From the NCBI RefSeq assembly GCF_965208055.1, contig NZ_CBDBNY010000004.1, forward strand, positions 389,706 through 453,705: 64,000 bases of DNA. The letters are read 5' to 3'. The stretch comes from Candidatus Palauibacter sp. (lineage in GTDB: Bacteria; Gemmatimonadota; Gemmatimonadetes; Palauibacterales; Palauibacteraceae). The notes below the pieces were generated by a model that did no database searches, was not told the origin of the DNA, and saw only the letters and a list, made by a program, of their open reading frames with translations. A program made the translations under genes and the position numbers. Positions 18,547-25,506 of this stretch are shown one piece after another (within the stretch, counting starts at the first letter, position 1; each line of letters opens with the position of its first letter).

Positions 18547-18588
18547 GCAAATTATCTTAACATAAGAAGCCCGAAATGCGAAAAAAGT
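18547..18588. repeat. AT-rich direct repeat, copy 1 (upstream of the 2001-aa gene, in the divergent Fic/helicase intergenic region)
   Basis: The core AACATAAGAAGCCCGAAATGCGAAAAAAGT (18559-18588) matches 24802-24831 at 28 of 30 positions. The extended alignment matches at about 36 of 42. Read on the minus strand it gives TTCGCA-N17-TAAGAT, a sigma70-like promoter facing the Fic gene. Confidence 0.8.
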
Positions 18589-18723
18589 GCACTTATCCTT
18601 ATCCGGGAGACTGATCCTACGTCACCCCTCGACCGAACACCCCACTTGAGCGAGCCCGGCCGGCGACGGTTTCACACGCCGGGAAGCGTTTCGTAGGTTG
18701 CGGATAACCGACAACTCAACCAC

Positions 18724-21700
18724 TTGGCTTCCATGGCCCTGAATCCCGTCGCCTACATCGAGAAGGTCGCGAAGAGCTTCCTCCGCTACCAGCTCACGGC
18801 CTACCCCTTCTCCGACCCTCACCTCCTGGGGCAGATGCGGGAACTGCTCTCGCTGGACCACACCCGCGCATCCCCGCTTCTCAGGGGGCCCTATGTGAGT
18901 CTTTCGCGCCCCTTCCGGGCCGGGGCATCGGTCGAGCAAATGGTCGACGAGGGCTTGCTTCATACGCATTTGGCGACCCGAATCCCCTCGCGGATCACGC
19001 ACTTCTACAGCCATCAGGAGCAGGCGATCCGGGCCATCGCGGAAGGTCGGACGACGCTCATCTCCACCGGGACCGGATCGGGGAAGACGGAGTGTTTCCT
19101 CTACCCCGTCGTGAGTCAGGCCCTGAGCTTGAGGGACGAGTCCGCAGCCCCAGGCGTCAGCGCCGTGATCGTGTATCCGATGAACGCGCTGGCCGAGGAC
19201 CAGCTCATGCGGATTCGCGGCCTCCTGGCCGGTACCGGCGTCCCGTTCGGGATTTACGTCGGCAAGACCCCGGAACGCGAGTCCGATGTCGTCGGCGCCA
19301 AGCTTCGGCCCGGGTCGTCGCGGGAGGACTACTTGGCGCGCCTCGAGAAAGCCAGGCGAGACGGGACGGGCGAGTCCGTGTACCCGAGCGAGGAGGTCTG
19401 CTCGCGCCAAGCCATGAGGACACCGGGGAAACAGCCCAGAATCCTCCTGACCAACGTCAAGCAGCTGGAGCTGCTTCTTACGCGGCAAAAGGACATCGAG
19501 CTGTTCGAGGACGCGCGCCTCGACCACCTGGTGTTCGACGAGGCGCACACCTTCACGGGCGCCATGGGCGCCGAGACGGCTTGTCTCATCCGCCGCTTGC
19601 GGTCGTTCTGCAACATCGATCCGGGCCACACGACGTGCATCGCCACCTCGGCGACCATCGCCGACTCGCGGGAGCCGGGTGCGGCCCGCGATTTCGCCGC
19701 GCGGTTTTTCGGCGTCCCGGCGGGCGAGGTCTTGACGGTGGGGGAAGACTACGAAGCCGAGACCTGGGGGGAGCCGCGTGTGGTGCCGCCGACGCCGGAC
19801 GGAGATCCCTCGCGGATTCTGGACCGGAGCGTCCGGGCGGTTGAGGACGCGACGGGTGCCGATGTGGCACGAGCCTATCGTTCGCTGTCCGGCGGCGATC
19901 TGCCAGCGCAGGATGATGGCGACTGGCCCGGAGCGCTGCACGCGGCGCTCGCCCGCAACGAACTGGTCTACCGTCTCAACGAGCAACTCGCCGGGCCGCG
20001 CGCGCTTGATGAACTGCCGAAGGCGTTGGAGAGGCACGTCGGGCGGCCGGTCACCGAAGCCGAAATTCTCACTTGGCTGACCCTCGGGGCGGCCGCGCGC
20101 CGCGCGGGACGTCCCCTGCTGCGGCCCGTGATCCACGGATTTGTGCGCGGCATCGGCGGTTCGGTGGTCTCGTTCCCGGAGGACCGGGAACGTGCGCGGC
20201 TGTGGCTCACGGCACGGGACGACGCTCCCTCCGACGTGTTCGAGGGCGGGCCTGAGCCCCGCGGCGACGAGTACGCCCATTTGCCCGTCACTACCTGCAC
20301 GGTGTGCGGGCAACATTACTATATCGCGTTCCTCAAGGATTTCTCGTTCACCGGAAAGCGTCCCGGCGGCGGGGAAGCGGACCGGGACGGCATGCACTGG
20401 GCACCGCTGGACGAGACGAACGGGGGCAAGCGCGTTGTGCTCGTGGATCGCCTGATCGGCGAGACGGAGCGCGATGGTGAGGCGTCCGCCCCGAGGCGTA
20501 CGGCCCCGATACACCTGTGCCGCCGCTGCGGCGCGGCGCACGGGGATCACGCCGACCGGTGTCGCGCCTGCGGCCGGGTTGGCGCGACGGTGGCGCTGCA
20601 CGCGATCCGGCAGAATGCGGACAACCCCGGCCGGTTAACAAGTTGCCTCTCCTGCGGGTCCAACGGCCGCCGCGTGATGGGGCGCTACCGCGAACCGGCG
20701 CGGCCGGTGCGGGCGGTGACCGTGGCCGATGTCCACGTTCTGACGCAGGACATGGTGCATCACGCCGAGCGCCCCCGGCTGCTCGTGTTCTGCGACAACC
20801 GCCAGGATGCGGCGTTCCAGGCGGGCTGGATGAAGGACCACGCCCGCCGCTTCCGCCTTCGGGCCCTCATGGCGGAAGGAATCAGGGAGCACCCGGGCGG
20901 CTCGGTCGGCGACTTGGCGGCCTTTCTCGATGATCGCCTGGAACGCGAGGAAACGCTTTCGCGGGCGCTCGCTCCCGAGGTCTGGCAGGTGGCTCGGCGG
21001 GAAGGATCGGGCGGACGCCACGCCCGGGAGCGGCGGAAGTACCTTCGCATCCAGGTGCTGCGCGAGGTCGCGCTGTCCGCCCGCCAAGCGCTCGGGCTCG
21101 AGCCGTGGGGGCGGCTGAAGGTCGAATACGCCGGCCTGTCCGCGTCGCTCCCGTGGATACAGGAACAAGCGAACCGCTTGGGCATCCCCGCGGACCGCCT
21201 CCGAGACGGAGTGGCGAGCGTCCTCGACTACTTTCGCCGGCGAGGCGCTCTGTTGGACCCCGAATACAATCTCTTCACGAGGTATTGGGACGAGGGTTCC
21301 GCCGAAGTGCAGCAGGGATTCCTGCCGGGATTCATAAAGCCGCTTGGCTTGAAGCTCCGCCGCGGGCCGGAGGAGAAGTCCGAGTGGGTCATGCAGTGGC
21401 TGAGTAGTGCCGGGGACACGACCATGCGCCAGATCGCGCGGAAGTGGGGGGAGCCGACCGATTCGGTCGAGCCCTTCCTGGAAGGCCTCTTCGCCTTCCT
21501 GGTCCGCCGTAAACTCGTCAAGCCGGTCCGCCTGCTGGGTGCCCGGGGCAGGCCGCTGCCCAACCTCGAGAACGTGCATCAGGTGAATGGCGATGCCCTT
21601 AGGCTGGATCCGAACAAAGGCGTGTACCGCTGCGCGAAGTGCCGGCGGACGACCACGCGTGAACTGCCCCACCGCCTCTGCCCTGCGTGGCGCTGCGATG

Positions 21701-24700
21701 GAGCACTGAAGTGGATCCCCGAGAATCCGGACGACTACAACCTGCAACTGCTCGACCAGGCTTATTCGATGCTCCGTCCCGAAGAGCACACGGCCATGGT
21801 TCCGAATGACCACCGCGAGCGGCTGGAGAACTGGTTCAAGGGGGAGTCGAACGCCGTCAACTGCCTGGTCTGCACGCCCACGCTCGAACTCGGGATCGAC
21901 ATCGGTCGCCTCGATTCGGTCCTGATGCGTAACGTTCCGCCGCTGCCCGCCAACTACTGGCAACGCGCCGGCAGGGCAGGGCGCCGGCACCGCATGGCGG
22001 TCAACATGACCTATTGCCGCCCGGTCTCCCACGACCGGGCCTACTTCGCCGAGCCCCCGAAGCTGCTGGACGGCCGCATCGACCCGCCGGCCTTCAATCT
22101 CCGCAACGAAGTGATGGTGGCCAAGCATGTCCACGCCACCGTCATCGCCGCTCTCCACCGCCATGGCCGCGACCCTCGACGGCCCGAGGCTGAGCGCAGG
22201 AGGACGCGGGAAGTATTGGCCGCCTGCCTTCCGCAGCGGGTCAAGCCGTACTTGTTCGACCACGGTGTCGTCCGGCGTGAACCCTTCGACTTCGATCTGC
22301 TGCGCGAACTCGTCCGCGACAACAGATCGGACCTGGTGGACCGGGTTTGCGGGGTCTTCAGCGGGGGCTGGCCCGAGGAGGATTCGGACGTCGTGACGCC
22401 CGACGCCCTCCGAATGCATGTGGATGAGTTCGCCGATGAATTGGAGACGGTCGTGACGCGCCTGCGCCGCCGTCTGCGGTGGGCGATGGACCAGATTCGG
22501 CGGCTGAACGCGCTGCGAGAGAAGCACGGCACCCTTGAGGGAGAAGACGAAGCTCTGTTCAGGCGCTGCGGCCGGCTCGTCGCGCGGCTGAAAGGCGAGG
22601 ATCGCGGACGTCGCCACGCCGAAGGGCACGACTCCTCGATCACGTTCAGCGTTCTAGCGGCGGAGGGCTTCCTTCCCGGCTACGGTCTGGAGACCGGCTA
22701 CGTGATGGCATGGGCGGAGATACCGTTCTGGCTGGACGGCGCCATGGACTTCGTCCTGCCCAGGGCGCCGGCGACCGCGCTCCGCGAATACGTCCCCGGC
22801 AACCTTATCTACGCCAACGGACACCGCTTCGTTGCCCGGCGCTTCCATCGTGACTTCGCAGACGAACGCGTCGAGATGCCTGTGTACGAGGTGTCCTCCG
22901 CGCACCAGGCCGTCAGGGAGACCTCGGTCGGTGCATCGTCGTCGCTCGCCGGTGAGACGCTCCAGGCCATGGCGGTGTGCGATGTCGACCTGAGCCACAC
23001 ATCCCATATCTCCGACGACGAGGAATTGCGCTTCCAGTTGGGTGTCGCCGTGTACGGACTCGAACTCGGGCAGCACAGCGGCGGGAGGGCCTACGGTTGG
23101 GGCGAGAGGCCGCTCCTCATGCGGCGGGGCGTACGCATGCGCCTCGTCAACGTCGGGGCTTCGGAGCCGATCAGGGCAAGAGACAGCTTCGGCTATCCCG
23201 TCTGCACGATCTGCGGCCAGAGCGTGTCGCCGCTGTCATCGCAACCACAGCGTCGAAGCTTCCGCGAATCGCACGGTCAACGTTGCGGCCGCGAGCCGAG
23301 GCGGATCGGGTTCTACGCCGATATTGCGGCAGACGCGTTGTCGCTCCCCGAGTGCGTCAATGCTACCCAAGCCGACAGCGTGCTCGAGGCGTTGCGAATC
23401 GGCGCGACCCGTGTCCTCGACATGCACATGGAGGATCTGCAGATCCTCGTCATCGGAGAGATGGGACGGGACGAGGTGCTGGGACTCCTGTGGGATCCGA
23501 TGGCCGGAGGCTCGGGGCTGCTCGACCGCCTGTGCGAGCGCTTCGCGGAGATCGTAGCTGTCGCCCGCGAGGTCGTAGAGGGTTGCCCGAGCGTCTGCGG
23601 GTCGTCGTGTATCGATTGTCTGCAGACCTTCCGCAACGCGTACTACCACTCCAGCCTGGACCGGAGGGCCGCTCTGGACGCGCTCGGGGAGTGGGGAGAG
23701 CAACTCGCGTTCCGGCACGATGTCCCGCCGCGGCAACCTGCATCCACGCCCGCCGATGATGCGGTGCCCGTCAATCTGGCCGAGAGGAAGCTGCGCCATC
23801 TCCTCCTCCGGGCGGGATTCGGGGAGGGCACGCGCGGAGAACAGATCCGGCTCGACAGCGCCCTTGGCACGACTACGCCCGACGTCATCTACCGCGAGGA
23901 TGATGACGGTTTCTGCAAGGGCGTGTGCATCTACCTTGACGGAATGAGCGCGCACCTGCACGGCAGCCCCGAGACCGCCGCGAGGGATCGGGAGATTCGC
24001 CACTGGCTGCGGGGCAGCGGCTACGAAGTCCTGGAGATTCCGGCTAACGAACTCGACGACGAGGGCGCAATGACGGGCCATTTCCGTCGCCTCGCGAACT
24101 ATCTGGGCCAACCTAATCGCGGGCGAGATCTTTCCGACGATCGGAGTTGGTTCGCGGATCCCGATCCATCGGGTAAAACAGACGATCCAGCAGACATCCC
24201 GCGTTTGCGCCTGGTTACTCCCACTCCCGAGAGTCGCTACCGAACATGCGTCCCGCTGGTGCCGCTGCGAGCGGCGGCGGGAGCCTTTGGCGATCCGAAC
24301 GAGACGCTTGACGAGTGGGACCGAGACTGGGTAGCCGTCAACACGGTTCGTCGGCTCCGGGACGGAATGTTCGTGGCTCGCGTGACCGGCCGCTCGATGG
24401 AGCCGCGTATTCCGGATGGTTCGTATTGCCTCTTCGCAAGTCCTGTAACCGGCTCGCGCCAGGGGCGCACGGTGCTGGTGATCATGCGGGACGATGTGGA
24501 CCCGGAGACGGGCGCCCGGTTCACCGTGAAGCGATACCGAAGCGAGAAGACGGAGGATGAGAATGGCTGGCGACACGCCAAGATCAGCCTGGAGCCAACC
24601 AACCCGGATTTCGACCCGATCATCCTCAGAGTGGATGACGAGGCGGCGGTGGGCGTCGTGGCGGAACTCGTTGAAGTCATCGGGCTCACCCCCCCCCTGA

Positions 24701-24729
24701 ACTGTAGTCGCGTGTGGTCCCGGGGCTGA
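18724..24729 (+). CDS. 2001-aa fusion protein: DEAD/DEAH helicase with zinc-ribbon insertions, DUF1998 (MrfA-Zn-like) module, DUF559-like PD-(D/E)xK module and LexA-type S24 peptidase domain
   Basis: Motifs seen:
- Walker A GTGSGKT at aa 116-122.
- DEAH at aa 272-275.
- Four CxxC pairs at aa 525-644.
- CxxC...Cx4C at aa 970-991.
- Motif VI QRAGRAGRR at aa 1080-1088.
- DUF1998-like Cys clusters GYPVCTICGQ and GCPSVCGSSCIDC.
- TPDVIY...CIYLDG...RDREIRHWLRGSGYEVLEI.
- C-terminal VPLVPLRAAAGAF, GRSMEP and FTVKRY.

The start may be TTG 18724 or ATG 18733. Confidence 0.9.
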   Translation: MASMALNPVAYIEKVAKSFLRYQLTAYPFSDPHLLGQMRELLSLDHTRASPLLRGPYVSLSRPFRAGASVEQMVDEGLLHTHLATRIPSRITHFYSHQEQAIRAIAEGRTTLISTGTGSGKTECFLYPVVSQALSLRDESAAPGVSAVIVYPMNALAEDQLMRIRGLLAGTGVPFGIYVGKTPERESDVVGAKLRPGSSREDYLARLEKARRDGTGESVYPSEEVCSRQAMRTPGKQPRILLTNVKQLELLLTRQKDIELFEDARLDHLVFDEAHTFTGAMGAETACLIRRLRSFCNIDPGHTTCIATSATIADSREPGAARDFAARFFGVPAGEVLTVGEDYEAETWGEPRVVPPTPDGDPSRILDRSVRAVEDATGADVARAYRSLSGGDLPAQDDGDWPGALHAALARNELVYRLNEQLAGPRALDELPKALERHVGRPVTEAEILTWLTLGAAARRAGRPLLRPVIHGFVRGIGGSVVSFPEDRERARLWLTARDDAPSDVFEGGPEPRGDEYAHLPVTTCTVCGQHYYIAFLKDFSFTGKRPGGGEADRDGMHWAPLDETNGGKRVVLVDRLIGETERDGEASAPRRTAPIHLCRRCGAAHGDHADRCRACGRVGATVALHAIRQNADNPGRLTSCLSCGSNGRRVMGRYREPARPVRAVTVADVHVLTQDMVHHAERPRLLVFCDNRQDAAFQAGWMKDHARRFRLRALMAEGIREHPGGSVGDLAAFLDDRLEREETLSRALAPEVWQVARREGSGGRHARERRKYLRIQVLREVALSARQALGLEPWGRLKVEYAGLSASLPWIQEQANRLGIPADRLRDGVASVLDYFRRRGALLDPEYNLFTRYWDEGSAEVQQGFLPGFIKPLGLKLRRGPEEKSEWVMQWLSSAGDTTMRQIARKWGEPTDSVEPFLEGLFAFLVRRKLVKPVRLLGARGRPLPNLENVHQVNGDALRLDPNKGVYRCAKCRRTTTRELPHRLCPAWRCDGALKWIPENPDDYNLQLLDQAYSMLRPEEHTAMVPNDHRERLENWFKGESNAVNCLVCTPTLELGIDIGRLDSVLMRNVPPLPANYWQRAGRAGRRHRMAVNMTYCRPVSHDRAYFAEPPKLLDGRIDPPAFNLRNEVMVAKHVHATVIAALHRHGRDPRRPEAERRRTREVLAACLPQRVKPYLFDHGVVRREPFDFDLLRELVRDNRSDLVDRVCGVFSGGWPEEDSDVVTPDALRMHVDEFADELETVVTRLRRRLRWAMDQIRRLNALREKHGTLEGEDEALFRRCGRLVARLKGEDRGRRHAEGHDSSITFSVLAAEGFLPGYGLETGYVMAWAEIPFWLDGAMDFVLPRAPATALREYVPGNLIYANGHRFVARRFHRDFADERVEMPVYEVSSAHQAVRETSVGASSSLAGETLQAMAVCDVDLSHTSHISDDEELRFQLGVAVYGLELGQHSGGRAYGWGERPLLMRRGVRMRLVNVGASEPIRARDSFGYPVCTICGQSVSPLSSQPQRRSFRESHGQRCGREPRRIGFYADIAADALSLPECVNATQADSVLEALRIGATRVLDMHMEDLQILVIGEMGRDEVLGLLWDPMAGGSGLLDRLCERFAEIVAVAREVVEGCPSVCGSSCIDCLQTFRNAYYHSSLDRRAALDALGEWGEQLAFRHDVPPRQPASTPADDAVPVNLAERKLRHLLLRAGFGEGTRGEQIRLDSALGTTTPDVIYREDDDGFCKGVCIYLDGMSAHLHGSPETAARDREIRHWLRGSGYEVLEIPANELDDEGAMTGHFRRLANYLGQPNRGRDLSDDRSWFADPDPSGKTDDPADIPRLRLVTPTPESRYRTCVPLVPLRAAAGAFGDPNETLDEWDRDWVAVNTVRRLRDGMFVARVTGRSMEPRIPDGSYCLFASPVTGSRQGRTVLVIMRDDVDPETGARFTVKRYRSEKTEDENGWRHAKISLEPTNPDFDPIILRVDDEAAVGVVAELVEVIGLTPPLNCSRVWSRG

Positions 24730-24789
24730 TCCGAGATTCAAAGAAAGCGAGATTAACCGCACGGTAAGGGTTCCGCAGGGCTCGAAAAT

Positions 24790-24831
24790 GATAATTTTCT
24801 CAACATAAGAAGCCCTAAACGCGAAAAAAGT
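24790..24831. repeat. AT-rich direct repeat, copy 2 (just downstream of the 2001-aa gene)
   Basis: The core AACATAAGAAGCCCTAAACGCGAAAAAAGT (24802-24831) is in the same orientation as copy 1. It lies between two convergent stop codons (24729 and 24881). Confidence 0.8.
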
Positions 24832-24880
24832 AGCTTTACCCTGTGGCGTGACGCCGACTCCGGATTGGAATCAGGGGCTT

Positions 24881-25381
24881 CTACCGGCCGTCCATGACCT
24901 GGGCCCACTGGCCGGGGATGCTGTTCCACTTCTCGGGCGCCGTAGCCCTGACGATCGGGGAGGGGTGGGGGGATTCCATCAGACGCAGGTCCCTTGCCAG
25001 GTCCGCCACCTTCGCCTTCGCCTTGGCGGCCTTCTGGCCGACGAACACGACGCAGTCGAGCCGCGGCAAGAGTCGGATAAGCTGTTCGACGCGTTGGATC
25101 CCCGCGTTGTGTTCCGCTTTGGTAACCTTCCGGGTGCCGTTCCACCACGGGATCACATTCCAGAGTACGGCCTCGTAACGCGGCACCCCCGCGTCGCGCA
25201 TGAACCGGAAGGTCGCCTCCGCCGTGCGGTCGTCGTTGTCCCGGCTGATGAAGCCGGATCCGCCTTCGTCGAGGCTCGTCTTGGGTCCGGGCTTCTCGAA
25301 CAGGAAGAGAACCCGGGCGGCAGTGCCTCCGTCCAACGGGTCGAAGCAGGGGACAAACGTTTCCGGTTTCTCGGCCCGCAA
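24881..25381 (-). CDS. Uracil-DNA glycosylase superfamily protein (start uncertain)
   Basis: RVLFLFEKPGP and ESPHPSP resemble UDG-superfamily motifs A and B. TTG 25381 is the first canonical start, but protein-like sequence continues upstream to 25510 without any ATG, GTG or TTG. Confidence 0.5.
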   Translation of the reverse strand: MRAEKPETFVPCFDPLDGGTAARVLFLFEKPGPKTSLDEGGSGFISRDNDDRTAEATFRFMRDAGVPRYEAVLWNVIPWWNGTRKVTKAEHNAGIQRVEQLIRLLPRLDCVVFVGQKAAKAKAKVADLARDLRLMESPHPSPIVRATAPEKWNSIPGQWAQVMDGR

Positions 25382-25506
25382 CTCCCTCGTGAAGTCGGTC
25401 AGCGGCCGAACGTGCGGCAGGTCGAGAAGGCCTTGCCGCCGCCTACACTCCTCGGGGTCGCCGAGCGTGCGCGGCGTCGTTGAGGCAAACCCGCATGCCC
25501 GATCGC

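Noticed and set aside
5529-24729. A PLD-type nuclease gene (DrmC) that would complete a canonical DISARM operon.
   Set aside because: No credible ORF in or next to the island shows an HxKxxxxD motif. I therefore describe the locus as DISARM-like rather than DISARM.
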